Shown here: positions 13,801-25,029 of the stretch, piece after piece
Layout of the letters: each line of letters begins with the position of its first letter
Numbering within the stretch: the stretch's first letter is position 1
NCBI GenBank assembly: GCA_015680685.1
Contig: MNCI01001024.1
Span: 149,577-213,576, forward strand
Source: Gnetum montanum
Lineage: Eukaryota; Plantae; Gnetophyta
Direction of reading: 5' to 3'
DNA length: 64,000 bases
Position numbers and translations under genes: made by a program
The notes under the pieces: generated by a model
What the model was told of the DNA's origin: nothing
Seen by the model: the letters and a program-made list of their open reading frames with translations, nothing else
Database searches by the model: none

Positions 13801-14730
13801 TAACTCACAAATCTCCCAAGGATCTTATAAGCCACACTTGTCCTCTCTTAATCCTTAATTGCTCACAATAGAGCCCATGCTCAAGAAAGGACATTTATAA
13901 GAGATTCTCCTAACCTCTCTCAAGTACTCTACCTTCCCTCTCATTCAACTTCATTGTACAAGCTCTCTTCTTGGACAAGCTCTCCTCCCTTGAACAAGCT
14001 CTCTTCCATCAAGAGATGTCTCTCTTGCCATCTATTTGGATGTTTGGTCTTCAACATTTTCATTTTAGTGCTTGATACCTCGGCACTTGGCACTATAGTC
14101 CTTGGCACTATGGCACTTGACATTGTGACACTTCAACACTTGCAATGGTGAATTACATCAATATTTATAAGCAATAGGAAGGTAAAAATCCTAGAAATTT
14201 TTCCTCAACTAAACTTGAGGTTATTTAGATGTTTCCCAAGTCTTCTCACCTTCTTCCTAGCTATTTCCATCTTCATTCAACTGTCTCCATCTTGTTTTGG
14301 CTATTTCATGAATTAGAACAAGCATTTTTGGAAGTTTCCCTATATGTCTAGGTTATCTCTAGCTTCATGTAGATGTATACTATGAAAGAATTGCTTTTGG
14401 AAGAGATGTCTACTCTTTTTGGTAGACATCTTCTATGGACTTAAGATGTCTTTATGTTAAGGGAGACATCTTTGAAAGACATATATCTTTTTGGAAAGAT
14501 TTCTATCCTAAAGGTGCCAAAGAAAAATGCTTATTTTGATGCTGGAAGCCTCCAGATGCCTCCCAATAAGTCCCCATAGGTCTTGGAACCTTATAAACTC
14601 ATCAAAATGAGCCCAAAATACCCTGGAAGATGCCAAAAAAATCCAAGAATCATTTGTAATAATATCACTCAGAAAAGACACATTGTATGTAGGGTAGAAC
14701 AAGGGGATCAAAAGAGGTGTCCCTATACTA
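10880..14730 (-). mobile_element. Complete 3.85-kb non-autonomous LTR element (LTRs 10880-11997 and 13633-14730)
   Basis: ~1.1-kb direct repeats and a perfect TSD AAGGT (10875-10879 and 14731-14735). The iMet PBS is GCTCTGATACCA at ~13618-13629 and the PPT reads AGGATGGGAGAG (rc) next to 11997. No pol domains inside. Confidence 0.9.
12290..13510 (-). pseudogene. Broken internal ORF of the 3.85-kb element (coiled-coil start, acidic middle, Lys-rich end)
   Basis: Collinear minus-strand ORF fragments 13292-13573, 12516-12704 and 12290-12493 begin just after the PBS. No recognisable domain. Confidence 0.45.
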
Positions 14731-14735
14731 AAGGT

Positions 14736-15786
14736 CAAAAGAATGGACAATTCCAAGACTTGGACTTCGAACCACTAAATTTTCCATACATCTACTTTTT
14801 TACTACTATTATAACATTCTATTGTTGTGGGTGGAGTAGGTGGCAATGGATTGGAAGCATGTGGTTGAGAATAATGGTAAGGATGAGAGGCATAAAAAGA
14901 ATATTTTTCCTATGGAGAAGTAGCTCTGTGGTACTTGGAAGTATAATAGTGATAAGCAAAAACATGCATGGTAGAGCCAATTGGGGATATAGCATATTAG
15001 AAATATTATCCATAAGGATCAAGTTTTTTATAATGGATTACTATGTTGATGATGATATTTCCCATGACTATGGCTTTTTTCACTATTGATAGTACTCTTG
15101 AGGTTGAGGTGGAGCCTCCCTTGCTTAATATTATTACTAGTGATAGGCTTATCTGTAGTTTCCTTGAGGATAAGGTAACCTATTGGGTATTTACCTCTTG
15201 ATGAACTTTTTATTTAATATATAAATCTTGGAGTCCTGAAGATATAATATTATATGGTAATAATCCTTAGGATATTCATATTGATATATTCTACTTGTAT
15301 CATCTTCTAATTCTAGGTTTGCAAACTCTTCAATTGAAGTTTCTTTTCATTTTTACTAGTAGTAGTTCATTTCTATATCCATTTTCTTTCTCTTATCCTT
15401 TTATTGGACTCTACATTGTTTTGCTATCTCCTCAACAATCTTTGATTTTTTAAAAAACTTTTTATCAATTGAGTTTTACATCTTGTTAACCTTTTGAAAG
15501 ATTTTAGTGACTAATTTTTAAATTAGCAAGATTTTTCTTTGTACCACTTCCTCTAACTATGCCCCATCATTTGGCATACAAATATAAATTTTTTTTCTTT
15601 TTTTTTGTGGATGGAGGAATCTCCATTATACTCTTATACAATCTCTATTTTGTTAATTGTTTCTTCCTACTTTGCAAGTTAATCAATTAATCTTTGAATA
15701 TGATGTGCTCTTATTTCTAATAATCTTGCTTGTGCATAGACCCTAAGAGTTTTCCTTGTCATGTTTCTAAATCTATCTATGACATA
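14736..15786 (-). pseudogene. C-terminal gag remnant with zinc-knuckle-like motif (host of two insertions)
   Basis: Reverse translation near 15550-15590 gives ..VCQMMGHS.., followed by a Pro/Gln/Asn-rich stretch. Flanked on both sides by TSD-bounded insertions. Confidence 0.5.
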
Positions 15787-16785
15787 GTATATGTGACATC
15801 CTATTCCTAGATGTCATGGCAAACATAAAATATACATTATATTAGGTATTAGGCATAAGAAGCTAATGCACTAAAATTCCAATATGTGTAACATTTAACA
15901 TTACATGTAAAGAAAATAATAGAAAAAATGTAGAAGGAAAGAGGAAAAAAAAAGATTTATTGATGTGGAATTATGTATCTAATCATGCTTTTGGTGTTCC
16001 ATAAGGTTTCATTCCTTTAGATTCTATCTATTAGAAGCAATCTAACACTACCACCATTGTTAGGCTTATCATGCACCAAAAGGGATGGCCAATCCCTCTC
16101 CTATCCTACTTTTAGTTGGCTCTCATTACTCGCCTTTATCAGGTTCACCACTCCATGTTGATATGACCTCTAATTTCCAAGTATAAATACCTTAAGTTAA
16201 ATCTGAAAGGTCACCTTAAGAGATATGTTTTTTATTTTAATATGTAATTTTGGATCTTAATTTAGGTCTTGTTATGATAATCATGACACTTGTTATAAGG
16301 AGACACCATCTTCAGTATGTAGTGACATCATTTAGGAATGGGGACATTAGAATCTATTCCATTAGGTTTCATTCATCCTTTAACAAGTCCAAGTTCACTA
16401 TATTTATCTAGCTCAAATGCTCTTTTTATGATTGTATGTTTTAATAATTTGATTTGTGCTTTGGGCTTGAAGTTGTCTCTTGCTTAGTTTATAAACAAAA
16501 TATAAGTAGGAAGAATTTATATAACTATTAAATATTACTTTATCAACACTTACCTCATTTTCTAAAATAGTGACAAGACGTGAATTAAGGATATATCAAC
16601 TACCAATTATCAATCCTAGCTAGGGTCACAAATAATGTAACTCATATGTGGTTACCCAACTAAATGTAGGGCAAAACCTCTTTCTCAACAAGCATTGCCT
16701 TAGATATTTTACTTATCCAATTAAAATATAAATTAAATAATGAAGAGAATTATAAGATTATAAAATATAATTAAGATAAAGATAC

Positions 16786-18032
16786 TCAATCTTGATCAAC
16801 CTTAGGGATTAATGAAAGTAGTTGTAATTCTACCATAAGTTTTATTTGATTAGATGATCCCATTAAGGATGGAAGGACTTGATCTTGCTCTTTCTCAAAC
16901 TCTTCTTTAGAAATTAGCTCTAGTAACTTGGTAATTTGGAAGAATTGAACATTGTTCCAAATATAATTTAGGGTCTTAATAAAAAATGATATTAACTCAT
17001 CTTCATTAATCATGGTAGAGTAATTTCTGAACTGTGGTTCTTGATGAGTACTAGCCATCAACATCATTTGTTCTTGAATTTTAGGATTTGATTTATCAAT
17101 TGAAGATTTGAAGTAAGTAGAATATGCACTAGCCAATAGAATTGTATGTTAAATTGATGGGAACATCTTCTTCAAATTGGGTTTTTCTTCCAAGGATTCT
17201 TTTACACATCCATATTTTAATAATTAATAAACACTACTTCCAACTTTCACATTAAAGTTTTCATAAATAACAAATGACATTGGATTGATATGGCTTAGGA
17301 ATAATTTACTCTTCAAAATTTCCTCTGTTTTCTTAATCAAGTATGCTCCTTGACATAGTCTAACATTTGGACATTTTGATTTGACAATTAAATGTGTGTT
17401 AACCATACATACATAACTTCCTAATAACTAGATTTTTAGTATCAATGCTAAGGATATGTGGCTTTTATGAAAACTTGTTTTTTCTTTATTTTCCATAATT
17501 TGAAGTTCTAATATTTCAAAAATCATATCTTCTAAACTTCATTTAAATCATTGTACTAATTTATACTTGGTTTTTTTATAAAAGATCATGTGACCATCCA
17601 TGTGGTAATTTTTGCAATAGGCTAATTTGTATGGTTTCAAAGAATAATTTTCACAAGAACCTTTTCACTTGAAAATACCTTTGCATCCCATCCTTTTAAA
17701 GTTAGGTTGAAATTGGTATAGGAATTTCATTGAATGAATTCTTATAGGCATATGAAATCAACATCCAAATCTTTTGATTATGCTAAGATGTGTGGATATT
17801 GATACTCATGCTAGTATTAGGCCCATGGTGGACATACAAGATGTTTATCAACACTATCTATTGATCCTGCCAACACATTATATGTTACTACTTTAATTTT
17901 CATTCTTGGATTCTCTACTAGATTATTTCTCTTCATGGGTATCATACACCTTGTCAAAATAAGATTATGACTCTTTATGTTCTACAATATGATTTGGTTG
18001 TAAGATGGATTGATATATATCTTCTTAACCAT
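16786..18032 (-). pseudogene. CCR4/CNOT6-like EEP nuclease ORF (copy B)
   Basis: MVKKIYINPSY...KIKVVTYNVLAGS...HLVCPPWA...DFICL*EF...HMDGHMIF...MVNTHLIVKSKCPNVRLCQ...FVIYENFN...ASAYSTYF...EPQFRNYST...FIKTLNYIWN...LLELISKE...LPS...SNQIKLMVEL. Intronless, with stops. Confidence 0.88.
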
Positions 18033-18640
18033 TCTAGTTTATTTATTGATTAAGTGCTTTTAGGTCAATAACATGTGGCTATATTACCTAGATTCCTAAT
18101 GACCTTTCTATCTTCATTTAATACACTAACTCCAACAGTGCAAGTAATGACATAGTAGGGGTTAGTAATCTAAGACTATCTATTTATAGAGGTTCAGCCC
18201 TTAGTATTAAGGCTCAAAATGGCCTAAGAGGTTAAATGTTTTAGTCCCAAAAATTAAATTACTAGGCATGCTCTATTCTTATAAGCCATGAACCTTTAAA
18301 GCATAGTTTATGATATCATTGAATTTATCAAATACTCGGATGATAAATCTAACCTTACCATTTAGTTCAAAAATTTGAAAAATGTTATGAGTAACTATTT
18401 ATATTTTAGAAATGGACATCGTAGGCCCAAGTTCTGTTAAAATTTAGTATCTAAGAGTCTTGAGCCATCATGTTGAACAAGGACTAAAAAGGCAATTTTT
18501 GAAGCTCCATGGGATAGATTGACTTCACCATTATGTCTAGAAGGTTGAAATCTATAGGAAATTATTCTTTGTTTATAAAAAAAGGCTTTTAGAATCAAAA
18601 TTTATGGCTTATAGATTATAAGATTTAAGGCATGAAAAAT

Positions 18641-18677
18641 GAAACTTCCTGAAAGGTCACCCATACCAGTTGCTACC
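18641..18677 (-). ncRNA. 5S rRNA-derived fragment (IE/C-box part) in copy B
   Basis: rc GGTAGCAACTGGTATGGGTGACCTTTCAGGAAGTTTC versus plant 5S GTAGTACTAGGATGGGTGACCTCCTGGGAAGTCC. Same position relative to the CCR4 ORF as in copies C and D. Confidence 0.6.
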
Positions 18678-18849
18678 AAAAATGTCAATTTTAATTAATT
18701 ATCATATTTTCTCCTCTTTTCATATTTAAAATTTTTTCACCTAAATTTCAACTTAAAATTTTTCCATTATTTTATGGTTTAAAATTTTTTGGCAATTTCT
18801 AGAAAAATTTTCATCAACTAACAACAATTTTCTAGTTGCCAAAAACTAC

Positions 18850-19210
18850 TAAAGGATGCAGGCTTTCATAGCACCAATGATATTTACGATGTGCTATGGA
18901 GGTATCTTTTCTTAGTGTCTATAGTTTCTACAATATATGGGGAAAGGTAGCTTTCCTCAATAGTAGCAGAATCCATGGTGTGCTTGGGAGGTAGCTTTCC
19001 TCAATACTGGCAATGTCCACAACATGTTGAGAAAGGTAGCTTTTCCTGATGCTAGTGTTATCTATGGTGCATTGAGGGAGGAAGCTTTACTCGATGCTAG
19101 TGATGTCCACTATGCAACAGGGGAGGGATCTTTCTTCAACATTGATCGTATTCATGGTGGTGCACTAGTGAAGGTAGCTTTTCCTAGGACCAATGTTATC
19201 CATGGTCATC
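18850..19210. repeat. ~45-bp degenerate tandem repeat in copy B internal region
   Basis: GAAGGTAGCTTTCCTCAAT...RTCCAYGGTG recurs about 7-8 times. Confidence 0.7.
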
Positions 19211-19983
19211 ATGGTTAATTGAAAATTCTATTGGGTTTTTTTGGAAATAGTAGTAGTGATGATAGTAGTAGTAGTAGTAGTGATGGCAATGTTGATGGTG
19301 GTGTAAATGGACCACATAGGACACAAGAAAAAAATGTATAGAAGTTTGAAAATGTAAAGAATGGTACATAGGATAGTGAATAGTGGTAGAAGGGTTTCTG
19401 TAGCATACAATAGGTAGATGCTTTGATGGTTGTAGGTTGTTACAAACCCTACATGATCCTAGGCTACCTAATGAGGTTTTTTTTTTTGGGCTACGACCCC
19501 AATGGATTTTCATGAAATGTAGGTAGCACAATGACGACAATGGAGGGTTGCAAGGGATGCCACTAGGAGGAGTGTAAGCATAGTAGGTGAGATGTGGTAG
19601 GCCTAGCCAAATGTAAGGTTTCATGATAAGTGTAGTGGCACAAGGATTTGGGCAATGGACAATGGTGCAAGATTTTGGGTAGTGGACAGCAAGGATGAGC
19701 ATAAAAAGGCATAGCAAAGGTATAGAGTGTAGGGCAGGTGGCAACAAAGGTGTGAAGATAGGTACTGGTAGGAACTATAGTGAACAATGTAGCGGGAGGT
19801 AGTGGTAGGCCAAGAGGGCTTTGGGGAGGAAAAGGTAGTGGTAGAAAATCATGTGGTAGAATGACAATAGGTGTCATTAGAGTGACGAGTAGCATTGTAG
19901 CATGTTGCAGCATTTGTAGCCCTAAATGATCCTACACAAGACTATGCAGCCCTGTGTGGCCCCTTGCAAGGCTTTGTAGTATG

Positions 19984-19984
19984 T

Positions 19985-20032
<48 letters not shown>

Positions 20033-20040
20033 TGTATATA
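19984..20040. repeat. (TA)n(TATG)n compound microsatellite
   Basis: Directly visible in the sequence. Confidence 0.95.
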
Positions 20041-20100
20041 ATTTAATAATTATTATTTAAATATTTAAAAATTAGCTCATATTTTTACTAAACTTGCAAA

Positions 20101-20177
20101 GTTGCCTGATGGTTAGTTAGAGGTTGTGTAAGACTTTCATTTGATAACCTAGAGGTCATGAGTTCAATCTCAATCCC
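20101..20177 (+). other. tRNA-like A-box/B-box module in copy B (antisense to the element)
   Basis: TTGCCTGATGGTTAG ... ACCTAGAGGTCATGAGTTCAATCTC. Homologous to 29404-29480 (rc). No complete cloverleaf. Confidence 0.5.
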
Positions 20178-21847
20178 AAAATGTTTGATTGAAAGTTAAA
20201 TAGTAATAAAAATTGAATTGAATTGTTGTTATTATTAAAGTTAAAAATTATTAAATTTTAATGATCACATGGATGTTGAGAAAATAATATATCTTCTAAG
20301 TGTAGAAAAACCAATATATCTCCCAAAGTGTAAGGTAGATCAAGATGAAATTTAGATCATTAGAACCATCCCAACAAGTACTACACATTGGACATGATTT
20401 CCAAGTCTAAAATCTAACTTTCATTTTCATACATTAGAAGAACTAAAATGGCTTAATTTATTGAATTGGCATTCCAAGGCTAATGGATAGGCAACATGAT
20501 AACTTCTAGATGACTTAGATTTGAATTATAAATTATATATTGATCATTAGATAGGAATATAATACTTTGATTTTATAAATTATTAAGGATTATATAGGCT
20601 TATTTTCTCATATCATGGTTATACCCTAGCATGGTACTAAGGAAAATATTATGACAACATCACTCATTGACTATTGGTTTTCCTATGAGCCTCATGATCA
20701 TAACCATTATTGGTTGAGTAGGATGGAGCATTCTTATGACTAGTTTTACCTTCCTTAAACTTACCAATACACTTCTTTAAACATACCAATACATAGGTCC
20801 TAGGTAATATGATTTTTGCCAAGTTATAGGATGTTTTAGAAATAGTAAGTTGACTTATGCCATGATTACTAATCTTTTGGGAGGAACTTAATAATGGCCT
20901 TAATCAATTAACTTTTCTAGCATCAATACAATATGGAAAAGAGCTACCTAGATTGGTATATCTTTGTATTAATAATGTCTCTTGCAATTGATGAATCTTG
21001 ATGAGGCATAATCAAATCTCCTAATTGATGATATCCTTGAAATAATCTTGTTGGTTGGTGGGTTTATGTCTCTTGTAGATGCCTAATCCATTGTCCATGA
21101 AAATAAATGAAAAGATATCTTTTAGCTAACAAGGATCATCCTAGACATATGACACATATGGTGATGACCCATTACTCTCTATAGGTTATGGTTCCATGGA
21201 TCATCATCAGGCTATAGTTGACCCATGGTTTTGAATGACCCTTAGGTCATTGTTTACTTTGATACCAAATGTGATATCTCATTCTCAAATGTCATGGAAA
21301 ACATAAAATTTAGATTATATTAGATATTATATGTAAGAATATAATATAAAAAATGCCAAATATCTCTAGCATTTGACATTAACCATAAAGAAAATAATAG
21401 GAAAAACGTAGAAGAAAAAAGGAAAAGAAAACATTGTTGATGTAGAATAGTGTATCTAGATCATGCTCTGTGTATTCCTTGGGATGTTATTCCTTCAACA
21501 TCTATCCCTTAGAGGTAATCCAACATTAACACTATGGTTAGGCCTATCACAAACAAGAGGAAATGACTAGTTCTCTTCCTATCCTACTTCACTTGGCTCT
21601 TGTTAATTACCTTTATTGGCTCTACCACTCCATGCTAATACAACGTTTAATATCTGGGTACAAATAACTTAGGTCAAACCTTCAAAGATTACCTGAAGAT
21701 ACATGTCTATTATTATAACACATCTTTTTGGGTCTTAATTACAACTCTCATTTTAGGTGTTGTTACAATAATCATGACACTTGTTATAAGAAGTCATCAT
21801 CTTCATTATGCAATGACATCATTTGGGAATGAGGATGTTACAATATA

Positions 21848-22230
21848 GTTGTTTCCTCTTAGAGAAGTCATGGCCTAAGCATTTTTGTAGCAAAGATTAA
21901 TATTTATCCAAGACTATATTAAGGGATTTATGTTTATTTTATTTCTATTATTATATTTGTTTCTTTAATTTGGATACTCTGAAGTATGTTTTTTACTTAT
22001 CATTGAATAGTTTTGAATCATACTATATCACTTACTAGATTCTAGTTCCAAAGACTAGTACCAACTTTTAGCTTCTTTGATTAGTATCTTAGGAAATTTC
22101 TTCATCTTTTGCTACTTATTCTCTATGCTTTTTAGGGAATAAGCATCATTGAAGATGTGCAAATGATGTTGAGGATTTACATTATAGCCTCCTCCAAACT
22201 TAAGGATGTTATTAATATCTAGCCACTTTA
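21848..22230 (-). pseudogene. Retrotransposon gag core (Athila-like host element)
   Basis: Reverse translation LKFGGGYNVNPQHHLHIF...KMKKFPKILIKEAKSWY*SL matches the gag motif PKF.G...P..HL..F...LFP.TL...AK.W..SL. Confidence 0.7.
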
Positions 22231-22256
22231 TTTAGCTATCCCTTTGATGCCTTGTT

Positions 22257-23218
22257 TGTATGTAGACTACCTTCTTGATCTTGGTTTACTCCAATATTAA
22301 GATCAAGTTTCAACACTAAATCTAGATATTATGAAAAGAAAATTTATTTTCTAGAAAGCATGAAAACTAGCTACTTCAATTATTCAAAAGAGAAAATTAC
22401 AATAGATTTTCATAACCCACAAAACATCCAAAACTCTCTAATCACTCAAATGATGCTATAGAGTAGGAGGCTCTACAACCACACAATGGTTTTCCTTAAT
22501 GAAAGACATTATCTATAGAGAATCTCTTCCCAAATATAAAACTAAGCTTTTCACTCACAAGTAAGACTAGACTAGATATCCCTACAAAATTAACCTTGAA
22601 GCTTTAACCTCTATGCATTTAGTCAATATGCTCTCCCTTCTCTTACATAAGTTAATACATGAACTTCATGATATCTCCTCTTTCAACTCTCTATTGTACA
22701 AGCATGAAACACCATAGATTTATTAAGACAACATGATAAGAAAACCATAGGAAACCTTCCTTAAGCTTCACATGAAGATTATACATTATTTTCCATCTTT
22801 TCATGCTTTCTCTTGCTATTTTCCAAATTGAAATGACCAATTCTAAAAGTTTCATAATTGTATGGGTCATCTTTGATATCCTTAGGTTGTCACCTATAAA
22901 ATTCCAATAATTGGAAGAGATGTCTACTATTTTTGGAAGTTGTCTCCTCCATGGGTGAGATGTCTCTTCTATCATGAAACATCTCCCTTGAGATGTCTTC
23001 TCTATTGGAGAGACAACTTCTTTGAGATGTCTATTTTTTAAGAAAGATGTCTCCTCTAAGTTCATGACATCTCTTGTTAGGCTTAAGATATCTTTTGTAA
23101 AAACTTAACTCCTAGGCAAGATGTCTCATTATTCTCTAAGATATATCAACGAAAATTGAAATATGCAAACACAAGCATAGGGAAGAAGTAGGAAATTAGA
23201 AGAGGTTTCCATATACTA
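22257..23218 (-). mobile_element. 3' LTR of a chromovirus element
   Basis: Adjacent PPT reads GAAGGATGGGAGGG (rc). The terminus ...GAGGTTTCCATATACTA resembles the LTR ends at 11997 and 14730. Contains clustered GAGATGTCT motifs. Confidence 0.65.
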
Positions 23219-23299
23219 ACCCTCCCATCCTTCAAAAAGTGAACTTATGTGAACAAGGGAGTAAGGGTTGAAGTTATTTCTCACTAATGGAATTTGGTC

Positions 23300-24600
23300 T
23301 CATAGAACCATAAAACATCATTAGTATATTGATCCTACCAATGGATCAAATATTCATATATCTTGACTTCCTGAGTGTAAGAAGATTCTTTCCACTTAAG
23401 TATAATTGTCTTCTTCTTCATTGAAATCTTGGAATAATCAACAGTCCCCTTCAACTCATAAATGCTACCTTAAATGATTTCATCATCAACTAGTCCATGA
23501 TAGTGCAAGAGGTTCAAAATATTAAGCATAATAGACATACTAACATTGTTTGGTTATTCTATCTGAAAATCTTTATGAATTAATCTTATCCTTAATTTTA
23601 AAAGGCCACATCTTCTTGGCTTTCAACTTGGAGAAGTTAAAAACTCTCAATTTCTTCCTCTTCAAGTGGATATAAACCAAGTCAACAATAACAAAATTGG
23701 ACTCCTATTTTTTCTCATTCTTTTTTAGGACTCATTCTTTAGCCTTCTTCTCAAGATTTCATTTTACATGTGCATGGAGATCTCTCATATCTTACATAAA
23801 ATTAGCATGAAAGTTAAGCTTCACCATTTAAGCTCTTCAAAGTGTCCACCATCTTTGGCTAAAATCCATAGTTTACCTCGAATGGACTTTTTCCAATAGC
23901 AACATGAAAAGCATTATTATATGAAAACTCAACATGACACAATAATTTTTCCCATGTATTTGGCTATCCATCACATAATGATCTTCATATTTTTAGCAAG
24001 GATTTATTTACCACCTTCATTTGGTCATTAGATTATGAATGATATGTACTAGAAAAATTCAACTTTATCCCTAAAATTTTTTAGAGGAAACTCACAAAGT
24101 AACTTGTAAATATGAAATATCTATTACTAACAATATTCAAAGGAACTCCATGCTACTTCATAATATTTTGGAGAAACAAATTTGCAACATGAGAAGCAAC
24201 ACTCACTTTCTTACATGAAATGAAATGTGTCATCTTGGACAACCTATTAATAATAACAAAAATTGAAATTTGGAATATCACTTACAAAATACATAGACAT
24301 ACCTTTTCATGGACACTTATGATTTTTCAATGGCATATAATTTCTATCCACTTATTTTCTTCCTTTGAATTTTTGATACATCAAACACTCTTTCAAAAAT
24401 TTTGAAATTTTAGTTGCCATATCAGGCCAAATATAGTGCCTAACCACAAGTTCCAATATTTTATCCTTGGCCATGTGACCTACCATGTCACTACTATGGT
24501 TTCTAAAAAAAATCATTTTCCTAAAATAATAATTAGAAATACGTATCTTTTTACTTTTAAATAATAGTTCATCTTGAATATGATTGTTCCTTCTCAGATG
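23300..24600 (-). pseudogene. Degenerate chromovirus integrase plus chromodomain
   Basis: rc motifs SKMTHFISCKK.S.ASHVANLF...HGVPLNIVS, FSSTYHS, VEFSYNNA, and a chromodomain-like VERIF....YEYLIHW*DQ...VLW. Confidence 0.8.
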
Positions 24601-25029
24601 CTTACATTATGTTTTAAATTTTATGGTGAAGTGATCCTATGCCAGAATGAACATTGATTGATTAAACCTATCCTAATTATAGAGGAATCTCAAGAATCAT
24701 CATCATCTTCTTTTGCCATCTTGGAAGAAATGTCCAAGATGATTTGGGTCTACGTTGATTGCCAACAAGCTTTCTCTAAAATGTGTGTTGTACATAATGT
24801 CATGTTAAAGATACTTTAGTTCTATCTATGTCATGTTGTTTCATGGATGTTGTAAATTCCTCACCTTAATCTTTCCACATAATAGTATTCCCACATGATA
24901 GTTTATATCAGGATATATATAGGTAGTAATTCTTTGGTTTGTATCATTCTAGTTTGCTAAATGAAATTGAAGCTTATGGGTGTTTCTAAGCTTTGCTTAT
25001 TCAATATCCTATTTGATGATTAGGTGAGT

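Larger units (their letters stand above)
15792..21842 (-). mobile_element. Complete ~6.05-kb non-autonomous LTR element carrying a CCR4-like ORF (copy B)
   Basis: LTRs at 15792-16351 and 21270-21842, with the 5' LTR reading TGTAACA...ATCACA. iMet PBS CTTTGATACCA at 21257-21267. TSD GTATA/ATATA (4 of 5 match). No gag/pol motifs inside. Confidence 0.88.

Noticed and set aside
14583-15089. 168-aa ORF on the + strand
   Set aside because: It crosses an LTR/TSD junction and is antisense to a gag remnant, so it is a chance frame.
16786-18032. Functional host CCR4 gene cluster
   Set aside because: All four copies are intronless, carry stops or frameshifts, and lie inside LTR-bounded units.
19196-19913. 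Overlapping 183-aa and 116-aa minus-strand ORFs
   Set aside because: They derive from low-complexity, microsatellite-containing spacer DNA and are not conserved in the other copies.
20101-20177. Functional tRNA genes here and at 29257-29480 and 38944-39185
   Set aside because: Only A/B-box-like parts are visible, and I could not fold an acceptor stem or anticodon arm.
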